From the NCBI RefSeq assembly GCF_009914755.1, contig NC_060933.1: a DNA stretch of 64,000 nt; one strand, written 5' to 3'. A program made the translations under genes and the position numbers. Shown piece by piece: positions 1 through 13,140 of this stretch; position 1 is the first letter of the stretch; the number at the start of each line of letters is the position of its first letter. Source of the DNA: the human T2T-CHM13v2.0 reference genome, Homo sapiens. The notes under the pieces were generated by a model. It was not told the origin of the DNA. It made no database searches and saw only the letters and a list, made by a program, of their open reading frames with translations.

Positions 1-625
1 CAATATCTACACATATACAGAATAGGACTTTAGTGGCCACTGATCACCTTCTTTAAAGTCATAGTCCTGTATCTTTAGTGTCTCTGGTTCAGTCTACCCC
101 GTGATCACATATTAACTTATGCAGAGGATTATTTAGGGGATTGTACCAATATGAAAACTGTGCTCACACTTTAAATGATTGCCAAACTTTCTGGGCCTAT
201 ACTATACCACATAACCATCTATTTTAGGGAGAATATTATTCTTTAATTAGCATGTAAAACATGCCTCTTTTGAAGACTTTTTAAAGAGTTACTGAATCTT
301 ATCGACTGTGCATACCTGTTCCTGTTTGAAAAAGAACTAGAAAAATATAGATAAAATATGCTAAAATATTTGCATGGAAGATCCTCTTATCAGCTAAGCA
401 CTTGTACAGTGTTTCATTATGTGACTAGGACTTCTCTTCCTCGTGATGACTTAAATCATATTGCTGTTTACTGAGTGACTATCCTTCACCTTTTTTGAAA
501 ATTATGTTTATTATTTTATTTAGCCCTCAGCAAATATTTATGGAAAATCAGCTGTGTCCTACAGACCACTATTACGAATACTAAAATAACAAGCGACCTA
601 AGTGGTTGAAAAAAGCGTTTGGTTA

Positions 626-900
626 AATTCATTCATTCATTCATTTGTGAACTCTGTTTCCTGGCCATCTTCTTTGAGTTAGGCACTTGAGATTATAGTC
701 TTGAGCAAAATAAACATACTTTTTTTTTTATCTCATGGGAATTACAGTTTTGTGGAGACAACAATAAAATCATCATACAATCACAAATTATTATAGCTAT
801 AGGAAGCGTTTTGAAGAGAGAGGTGTAAGGGTATGAGAGGTTATAATGGGAAGGCCATGAGAAAGGTTACAATGGGAGGTCCTGGCCCGGTCTTAGATAC
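626..900 (-). mobile_element. L2 3'-end fragment with (ATTC)n terminus
   Basis: attcattcattcattcatt followed by degenerate L2 3' sequence; boundaries approximate. Confidence 0.55.
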
Positions 901-1392
901 TGTGGAGTCAGTAAAAATGATGCTGTAGAAGTATGTCCATAGCATGCAATATATGCATAACATTATTAAGGGAAAAATGAATTGCAAACCAGTATGTACA
1001 GCATGATTTTATTTATAAATGTAAAAATATACATGTACATAGAAAAGTATAGAATGACATGAAAATGTCAACAGTGTGATTAGCTGTTGAATTATGGATG
1101 GTTTTAATTTTATACTTATCTCTTTTTTCCTAAATTTTCTATAATCGATATATACATTACTTGGGTAATGGAAAAAAAGGATAAAAAGACATCTGTAGTC
1201 CCTGTGCTTGAAGACCTTGCATTCTAGTGGGGAAGACAAAATACATAGAGAAATTATGACAGTTCAGTGATGAAATGTCATGTAAAAGTGTTGTCTATTG
1301 AAAGCTGAGTGACTCCACTTTCCTGAGTTCCTAACAGCAGGCTGGTGGGGAGAGGAAAAGAAGGCAATTTGGTGATAGTACTGGAACCACCA

Positions 1393-1860
1393 TTGTATTA
1401 CTTTCCTAATGTTGCTGTAACAAATTACCATAAAGTAAGAAGCTTTAAACAATGAAGTTCTGTAAATCGGAAACTGAAGCAAATTCATTGCTTTTAACAA
1501 CGAAGTTCTGTAAATCAGAAGTCTGTGCACAGCATGGCTTAGCTGGTTGCTGTGGGTTTTGAAGGCTGAAATCAAAGTGTTGACAGGGCTGTGATTTTTT
1601 TCTTGAGGTTCTAGGGAATGAATCCTCTTCCAAGCTCATTGAGGCTATTGACAGAATTCAGTTTCACATGGCTGTAGGACTGAGTTCCTATCTCCTTGCT
1701 GGCTATAAACTGAGAGTCAGTTTCAGCTTCTGGAGGTAACATATATTCTATAGCATATATTCTATGGCTCATGACTCCCATCCTCCAGCAAAATTGGGTC
1801 AGATTCTCAGTCTTGAATCTCTCTGACCTCCCCTTAGGGCAGCATCTTGGTTGCAGGTTG
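1393..1860 (-). mobile_element. MLT1-family MaLR solo LTR
   Basis: Begins tgtattactttcc..gctgtaacaaattacca; contains gaaggctgaaatcaaagtgttgacagggctg, typical of MLT1. Confidence 0.75.
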
Positions 1861-2762
1861 TACATATGAGTTGAAGACTCTCAGCCAGTGACAGGGTTTC
1901 AGGGACAGGGTAATTTTAGGCAGAGTTTTGGAGCCTCATTTAGGTATAAAGATGCTAACTAAATTTTCAGAAGGTAAGTTTATGGAGATGTCTTTGAAAA
2001 TATTTTTTGTCATATTTTGGGGGTTCAAGGCAGGGCTTGCATTTTATCAGGGTAAAGTCAAGTAAAGTCGGCTGTGGAAGGATGGTACACATAATGGTGA
2101 TTGGACGAAGAGGTGACTAGATGGTTATGAGGGTTTGGGGACTGAGAGGTGGCTCCAGGAGCCCATCTTCTAGTGAAGATGGAATTCTGATTAGAATACC
2201 AAGCTTGGTTCTCACTGTCTGAGGAATAGTGTGGTTGAGTCTACAGGTTGGAATTCTTGTTGGCCATCCTAAAGCCCAGAGAAGACTGGCACACACAGGA
2301 AGGTGCTCCTGACTCTATCTTGTACTCCTGACTCTATCTTGTGGAGTTGTAGAAGCTCAGAAGAAGAGAGGTATACATTTGTCCATTGGACTAATTCTTA
2401 AGTTTTACAGAGTATTCTCCCTACCTGTTGTCAAGGTATTCCTCAGAGCAGCCCAGTAGATCACCTACTTCTTCCCACACTTAGGGATACGTTTAAACAA
2501 ATGGAGATGCTCTAAGCCTTTGATGAATTTGGCTTTGCTTTGAGGGAAAGCACTCCTCTCTCTGTCTCCTGTCAGTACTCTCTGATTCTAACTCTAACCT
2601 ACTGTCACTCCCACTTTAGCATAAAGTGGAAAAGAGCAGCCTAGATAGATACCTCACATAAACTTGTATTTGAGAACTTATTTCCTCCCAAATTTACAAG
2701 CATTTGGAAATAGTAACATCTGTGACGTTCTAAATGAAAACTTATTGTATTATTTATACAGG

Positions 2763-3066
2763 TTTTTTTGTTTGTTTGTTTTTTGAGATGGAGTCTCGCC
2801 CTGTCACCCAGGCTGGAGTGCAATGGGCAAGATCTCAGCTCACTGCAACCTCCGCCTCCCGAGTTCAATAGATTCTCCTGCCTTAGCCTCCCAAGTAGCT
2901 GGGATCACAAGCACCTGCCACCACACCCAGCTAATTTTTGTATTTTTAGTAGAGATGGAGTTTCACCATGTTGGCCAGGCCAGTCTTGAACTCCTGACCT
3001 CAATGTTCCCCCCACCTCAGCCTCCCAAAGTGCTGGGATTATAGGCGTGAGCCACTACACCCGGCC
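2763..3066 (-). mobile_element. AluS-type element
   Basis: Full dimer in antisense with poly-T; TSD about TATACAG(G)TTTTTT. Confidence 0.95.
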
Positions 3067-3719
3067 TATACAGTTTTTTTCCTAAACTTTCATTCCCTCT
3101 CATGGAAAATATTAGAAGTTGTAAAGACGCTAACTAAATTTTCAGAAGGTAAATTTATGGAGATTTTTTTGTCATATTTTGTGACCATACTACTCTTAAG
3201 CCTAAATTTTTAAACTCTTTACAAAGGTAACATCTGTATTGCTAGTGCATTTCTGCCTTTAGGATAATACTTGCTGTGGAAAATACTGCGAGCAATTTGA
3301 AAGAGGAGATCCAGCTACGTACCTTAGAAAATGCGGGAGTTCAAAGTCAAAATGTTTTGCCAATTCTAAATAGGGAAGTGAAAACCTGTTTAACAGAATT
3401 AGATGACATGTATGCAGCTAGGCGGCAAGGAAGGGATGATTGGTTTTTCTCCGTGTTGTTTGACTAGGTGTATATGTTTGCCATGTCTAAGTTAAACAGC
3501 TGGTACAAATGCTCAATCTGAAGTCTCACTACTTGAGTTGGTTCTAGGTTACCTGACACCTGTGAAGATTTTTACAAGCTTTAGTCATTGTTCATGAGCT
3601 GATAGACAATGACCTTTGTAATATACTTCAGGTAATTATTAACTGCTTCAACTATGAGTTTGATGGCAATCAAGTGGGTTTGCCACCCACTTGTGTTTAC
3701 CTGGGTGTCAGAGTTGAGG

Positions 3720-4377
3720 GCATCTAAGAAGTTAGAGGGCACACAGTCCACACACAACCACCCTTATATCTGACCCCAATTGCAAGATCAGGGGTCCATA
3801 AAACCACCTATTTCCTGGCAAATTATTTGCCAGGAAGACTTGCAGAACTCACTGAACGCTACTGTACTCATGGTTATGGTTTATTTTTAGGAAAGGATAT
3901 AGAGTAAAATCAGCCAACAAAAGGAGTGCATGGGGCAGAGCTTCCATTGTTGTCTCCCTTGGGGAGAGTGGAGTACACGGAGTCCGAGCACAGTACTTTC
4001 TCAGTGTCAGTGTGTGACAATACACAGAGTATGGCTAACCAAAGAAGCTCACCTAAGCCTCAGTGTTCATAATTTTTGTTGGGACTCCATTATATGGCTG
4101 ACTCAGGCTCCAGTCTCCAGCTCCTCTGGTCAATTTGATACCATGTGATCCCAAACTCTTAATCTAAACAACATTGTTGGTCTTTCTAGGGTGGTCGACG
4201 CCCACCCTAAATAGTATGTGGAGTGGTCTACCCCAACCCTAAAACACATTGTTAGACTTCTGTGACCCAAGAGCACCAAGTAAACAAAGACACTCCTATA
4301 AGGCTTAGAAATTAACTCCCAGAAGTGAAGGGCAAAGTCCAGATCTCTTTCTGAGTAAGGTTAAATTCTTACTACAC
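3720..4377. mobile_element. MER21-family ERVL LTR
   Basis: Resembles recalled MER21 motifs: cagaactcactgaa..tactcatggttatggtttatt..gaaaggata; terminus ggcaaagtccagatctcttt..ggttaaattcttactaca. Confidence 0.7.
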
Positions 4378-4454
4378 ACTGGGGCTCATTAAATTAAATT
4401 GGATTTTGTAAAGTCGATTTTCAGGAAGAAATTTAAAAATATTTCATTGTTATA

Positions 4455-5955
4455 GTTTTGTTGAGTTATAACTTACATATAGTAAAATTTACTCATTCAA
4501 GTGTAGTTTGAATTTGGTAACTATATGCAGTCATGCATCCTCCATCACAATCCATACTTCTTTTGCTCTTAGAAAATTACCTTGTGCCCCTTTGTAGTCA
4601 GTCCTTGCCCCCATTCTTGTCCCTAGACAACCACTGATCTGCTTTTCGTAGTATAGTTTTGTTTTTTCTAGAATGTCATATACAAATAATTATATATTAT
4701 GTAGTATTTTGTGTCTACCTTTTAAAACATATAATAATGCTACTGAGATTCATGCATGTTGTTAAATACATCAGTGGTTAGTTCCTTTTAAATTACTGAG
4801 AAATATTCCATTGTGTGGCTATAACACAGTTTATCTGTTCACTAGGTTTTTTGCCATTTGGGTTATTTCAATATTTAACTTTTTTTTTTTTTTTTTTTTA
4901 CTATTGTGAGTAATACTGCTTTAACAATTTGTGTATGTAATTTAATATATTTCATTACTCTTGAAGAGTTAGATATATAGCATTGAGATTGCAGAGTCAT
5001 GTGGTGAGGATGTTTAACTTTATAAGAAATTATCAAGCTGTTTCCCAAAGTGGTTGCTGCACTATTTTGCATTCCCACTACAATAGTAGGAGGGTTATAT
5101 TTGCTTCACTTCCTCCTAACATTTTGTATTATGAGACTTTTTGTTATTTGTTACATTTTATTTTATTTTATTTTTTTTAGAGATAGGATCTCACTATGTT
5201 GCACAGTTTGGAGTGCCATGGCTATTTATTGGCATGATTATAGCACGCTACAGCCTCGAATTCCTGGCCTTAAGTGACCCTGAGGCTCCCATATAGCTGG
5301 GACTATAGGTACAGTCCCATGCATGTCACCATGCATGTCTCTGTTCTTTTTATTCTTAGCCATTCTAGTGAATCTGTAGTGGTATCTCACTGTGGTTTTA
5401 ATTTGCATGTTTCTAATGACCGATGATGTTGACCATCTTTTTAAGTGCTGGTTGACCATCCATCTGTTTTCTTTTGTGAAGTATTCATATCTTGCATATT
5501 TTAAAACAAACTGGTTAGTCTTAATGAGTTATGAGCACTAAATCTGTATACAAGACCTTTGTTAGGTAAGTGTTTTGCAATTATTTTTTCTAATCTTTGG
5601 TTTGCTTTTTGTTTTCTTAGTGGCATCTTTTGATGAGCAAAAGTTTTACATTTTGATAAAGTTGAATTTGTTTGTTTTTATTAATGGCTCATGTTTTTTG
5701 TGTACTATCTGGGAAATTACTGCCTTACCCCAAATTCACAATGATTTTTTTTTGTGCTTTCTACTGAAAGTTTTTTAGTTAGCGCTTATATTGATATATA
5801 TGATTCATTTTGATTTAATTTTTGATTATGGTGTGAAGAAAAGGTCAAGGTTTATCTTTTTTCTCCCATACAAAAATACAGTTATTCCAGAAGCATTTAT
5901 TGAAAAGACTATCTTCCCCATTGAATTACTTTGCCACCTTTGTCAAAAATAGATT
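4455..5955 (-). mobile_element. Old L1 (L1M-type) 3' fragment, interrupted by FAM
   Basis: Antisense L1 motifs, e.g. gtggtatctcactgtggttttaatttgcat and ccaaagtggttgctgcactattttgcattcccac. Confidence 0.85.
5158..5338 (-). mobile_element. FAM (fossil Alu monomer)
   Basis: Monomer retaining the 7SL-like gctatt..ggcatgattatagcacgctacagcctcgaa segment. Confidence 0.7.
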
Positions 5956-7487
5956 TTGTTATAGGTTTGATGGCATGAAAGGAGGCTGATGGAGTTTCTA
6001 GTAATAGCAGCTACCAGTATTATGGAGAAATAGAAATAGTTTACCTCAAATTAAATAAGCAAGGACATCATCTTTTTAATAGCACTATTTTAAATAACTA
6101 GTTGCAGCAAATCATAATAAAAGAGATAACTAGAATATGTATAGGTAGTTAGAAAGAAAAATAATACTATTTGCCAGTGACAAGGGACTATAACCTGGAA
6201 TGTTTAGGAGATTCAACAAAAACGTATCTTGAAATGAGGCGCTTAAATTATAGGTTATAAAGCAGATGCCTAACTAAAGTCAGTCGTTTGTCTTATCAGT
6301 GCACAGAAAATACAATGAAAAATATAATACTTGTTTTATTAAAATAAAATCTAACAGGATATATGTGGGACCAAATACAGAGAGTTATAGTATTTTAATT
6401 AAAAAAAAAAAAACAAGAGAGATATAATCTACTTCTGGTTGAGTAGTCTTAATATAGTAAAGATGACAATACTAACAAAGTTATTATATAGATTTAATAA
6501 AGTGCCAGTTAAGATCCCAGTAGGATGTGCATTGAACTTGATTGATAGTATAAATCACAGAGTAAAGGATCAGGGAAGAATTTCAGAGGAGAAATGTTTT
6601 TAAATTGTTTCTCATTCACAAAATAATTTGAAAGGATTAGAAGTAGGTGCATATATTGTAAGACAATGAAATGGGAATAAAAAAGATCAGGAGGCACACC
6701 GTGGAAGTGGAGAAGAGATGAGACCAGAAATCTAGGCTAAGTGTAGTTACTGACATAAAGCACTAAATTAGCTGTGAACTTTCTGGTTTTGAAGGCAGGA
6801 AGGGAAACATATGGGTTTCACCATGGGTTGGATATAAGACAACAGGGAATATTGGACACTTTGGACTTTACGTTTGTGTGCCCCATGTAAAGGAGATAGC
6901 TGCTAATTGGGGTGAGTTTTGGCATATGGGTAGATGGGGCCAGTGATGCTAAGTTTTCAAAAGAAGCCGGAAGTCTGTTAATGAGTAGAAGAGTGTATCA
7001 GTCTTATGATTTTTAAATGTTGGCAGTTAGCATACTAGCCAAATAAAAGGTGGGAGTGAAGGGTTACTCATTGTGTGAGTACAGGTCGTGTATCTATAGT
7101 TGTCATTATCTAATTAATAATTGTGTCACTTAGAGGAGAATGAAAGGGGTATTGCCATTCTAGGCCGAAACCTGTTCCAAAGGACAACAACAAGACTACC
7201 TGGACATAGGTTAAGAACAGTGATTGGAACAAAATAGAAACAGCAGAAATAAATACTGTGAAAGTAGTCAGTGTTTAACAAAAAATATTGGGTTGAGTGA
7301 TACTGTGAAGAAAGCTACATTTAGATCTACTTTAATCTCATACCATGCAAAATAAGTTCCACATGGGTTAAATATTTTAAAATCAATGTTCTACTTTGTA
7401 TAATTGAATGAATATTATACTTTAATGGTTGTTATATTTTGTATAATTTCAATATTATAAATGAATATTATACTTTGTATAATTTCA

Positions 7488-7829
<342 letters not shown>

Positions 7830-8458
7830 TTAAATAATACCAAGGTAGGCATGTTTGATTATCAAAAATTTGATTCTCTGATATAAAAGCAATACAATGG
7901 GAACAACATTTAGAGTTTTTCTATGATAGGTAAGATTTTTCATGCAACTGGGGATGTATCTGTACGAGTAGATCCAGTAGACAGATAATCAAAGGACAGG
8001 TTACACTGTTGAAAATAACAACAGTAATGTTTGGCCTAAAGATCTTCATTTGTAAAATGAAAATAATAGCAGTACTTCCTTGGGTGTTTTAGAGGAGTAA
8101 AGATCATAAATCATGTATACTCCTTAGCACAGTGCCTGGTATCGTGAACGTTAACTGTTGTTTATTATAATCATCTTCATTATCATCATCTAAAACAAGC
8201 TTCAAAGTTACTTAATCAAGGCTTCGTCCCTTTTTAACCTAGATGGGGAAAACACAGCTATTTTAACCAACTGTTAAATTTATGTAGTTTACAAAGCACT
8301 CTCACATATTCTGTCTCATTGATTCTCACTATCCCTGGGAACTGCTTAAATTTTTTCTCAGGGGAGGCTTTCAGGGTTCCGTTTTTCATAGACACAGCTT
8401 GGTCTTTGTCATCACCCTTAATTGTTCTACCTATAAAATCAATTCAGAGTAATTCTAA

Positions 8459-8835
<377 letters not shown>

Positions 8836-8836
8836 A

Positions 8837-9138
<302 letters not shown>

Positions 9139-9289
9139 TCCAAGTGCTGTTTTTACTCTACTGTCATCCTTGCTTTTTGTTGTAATATAATTTTTTCATA
9201 ATGTTGTGACAATATCTAGTGAATATCTGTGCCTTACTCTGTCTTACTCAGAGATCTGAAAGAAATCTGTGATAGGCAAAGGATTCCGA

Positions 9290-10530
9290 GGGACATTTCT
9301 CCAAAACAGCTATGTGAATGTCTAACAGGCACATGAAAAGATAGCCAACATCATTAGCTATCAAGAAATGCAAATCAAAACAACAATAAGTTACTATTTC
9401 ACATCCACTAGAATAATTATAATAAAAAGGCAGTTACAGATGTTGGTGAGAATGTGGAGAAATTGGAGCCCTCATACGTTGCTGCTGGGAATGTAAAATA
9501 TGATAGCTGCTCTTGTAAACAATCTGACAGTCCATCAAAATATCAAACATAGAGTTACCATATGATCCAGCAATTCCACTCCTTCGTATCTACCCAAGAG
9601 AACTAAAAACAGATGTCCCCACAAAGACTTGTACATGAACATTCATAGCAGCTGCAGCATCTAATAGCCAAAAACAGAAAACAGCACAAATGTACATCAA
9701 CTGATGACAGGATAAACAAAATGTGGTATATCCACACAATGAAAAGTTATTCAGCCATTAAAAGGAATGAAGTGCTTATATATGCCATGGCATGGATGAA
9801 CCTTGAAAGTGTTACACTACATAAAAGAAGCCAGCCACATATGGTACAATTCTCTTTATATGAAATGTATAGAATAGACAAATGTATAGAGACATAAGGT
9901 AGATTAGTAGTTGCCTAGGGCTGGGGAGTAGTTGGACATGGAAGGATGATGTATTCACTCGTTTTCTGTTGCCTACAGCAGAATACCTGCAACTGGGTAA
10001 TTTATAAAGAAAAAGGAATGTATTTCTTATAATTATGGAGGTTGAGAAGTCCAAGATGGAGGTTCTACATCTCATGAGAGCCTTTTGCTGGTGGGGACTC
10101 TGTGCAGAGTCCTGAGATAGCTCAGGGTATCACATGATGAGGGGTCGAGTGTGCTGATATGCTAGCTCACATCTCTCTTCTTACAAAGCCACCAATTCCC
10201 CTCCCATGATAATTCATTAATCCATTAACAAGGGAGGAACTCTCATAATCCAATCACCTCTTAAAGGCACCACCTCTCAATACTGCCACACTGGGGATTA
10301 AATTTCAACATGAGTTTTGGAGGGGACAAATATTTATACCATAACAGATGAGGAGTAATTCTAATGGATAGGAGGTTTCTTTTGGGGGTGACAAAAGGTT
10401 CTAAAATTAGATTGTAGTAATGAGATGAACAACTCCGTCAAATATACTTAAAACATTGAATTGCACAGTTTACACAGGTGAATTTTATGGTATGTTAATT
10501 ATATTTCAGAAAAGCTGATAAACTAAAAAG
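9290..10530 (+). mobile_element. L1M 3' end, interrupted by an MST LTR
   Basis: gaaatgcaaatcaaaacaacaat, ccatatgatccagcaattccactcc, ggataaacaaaatgtggtatatccacacaatg. Confidence 0.9.
9950..10346 (-). mobile_element. MST-family MaLR solo LTR
   Basis: TG...CA ends, MST body, 5-bp TSD GATGA at 9945-9949 and 10347-10351. Confidence 0.9.
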
Positions 10531-10642
10531 AAAATGAAATTTCTGGCCATTGGCCCATGACACATATTATTTCTCAGTATGAGTGCTGAAACAAGTTGAT
10601 TTAGGAGTGTTCTTTCAATTTATTGGACTAAGTAGAAAATTG

Positions 10643-10956
10643 TTTTTTTATGTGAAATGTTCTTTTTTAAGAGACCAGGCAGGTCTTGCTTTGTCACCTA
10701 GGTTGGAGTGCAGTGGTACCACCTTGGTTCACTGCAGCCTCAACCTCTTGGGCTTGAGTAATCCTCCCAGCTCAGCCTCCCAAGCAGCTGGGACTACAGG
10801 CGTGTGTCACCACATCTGGCTAATTTTTGTATTTTTTGTAGGGATGGGGTCTGGCTGTGTTGCCCAGGCTAGTCTCAAATTCCTGGCCTCAAGTGATCCT
10901 CCTGCCCTTGTCTCCCAAAGTACTGGGATTACAGACAAGAGCTAATGCACCCAGCT
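10643..10956 (-). mobile_element. AluJ
   Basis: Diverged antisense dimer with J-type cactgcagcctcaacctc. Confidence 0.9.
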
Positions 10957-11329
10957 AAAGTTGTTTTAATTTACTTTCTTGCCTCAGTTTATTATAAGTA
11001 ATATCATTTGCTATAAGTGACTCTTGGTTGCCATTCTGACAATTATGTCTCCCTCCATGGTACATGGATAAGCAGGAGACAGGCATTGTAGCTAAAGAGG
11101 GGAGTCTTCCCCCGTGCTTTTCCAGTTCCATGCCTTTGCTTTGCAATGTTAGTATCTTCTTTGGCTCTTTCGTCATCTTGCTTTTTACTCTTACGAGGCC
11201 TTTGACAATCTATTCGAAACTATGAAGTATAAAATCTGTCTTCAGAAAAATACATATGGATTTGCACATCAGATTTTGCTTATGATTTCTGGAGGCTCAC
11301 AGATTTCACCCAGGTTAAGAATCTTAACC

Positions 11330-12600
<1,271 letters not shown>

Positions 12601-12689
12601 AGAGTATTTCTCTGTTCCTGAAATATCTTCTTCCTTACCTTCACTCCCCTCTGGCCCCACTTAGCAAAATCTTATATAATTACCATCTG

Positions 12690-13140
12690 TTTATTAATTT
12701 GGGAAATATGCAGCTTCTTCTTTATTCCAGGCATCATTTTAGGCACTAAGGATGTAGGGATGAATTAAGCAGTCAAATATCTCTGCCCTGTTGGAGCTGA
12801 TATTCTACTAGTGGTGGTGGTGGAAAATAAACAGATAAATAAGTAAAATACACAGTGTGTGAACGAGTGTAAGTCTGAGGAGAAACAAAGCAGGAAAGAT
12901 GAAGGCACATCAGAGTGGAAAGTTGGCGTTTTAGACAGGCTGGCCAGCAAAGGCTTCACTGAGAAGATGTCTTTTGAGTGAAGACTTCAAAGGAGGGAAG
13001 GAGCTAGCTCTGTTGCTCTCTAGAAAAAGAACATTCCAGGCAGATAGGCAGTGCAGCAGCCCCACGGTGAGAGTGTGCCAGGTTGCTTGAGGAACAGAAA
13101 GGAGACCAGTGGGAGACCAGGCGAAGGTGAGGTTAGAGAG
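12690..13140 (-). mobile_element. L2 fragment
   Basis: ttccaggcatcattttaggcact..gagctgatattcta..aacattccaggcagataggcagtgcagcagcccc. Confidence 0.7.

Noticed and set aside
5158-5338. 7SL RNA gene or pseudogene
   Set aside because: It is too short and lacks most of the S domain; it fits a FAM monomer better.
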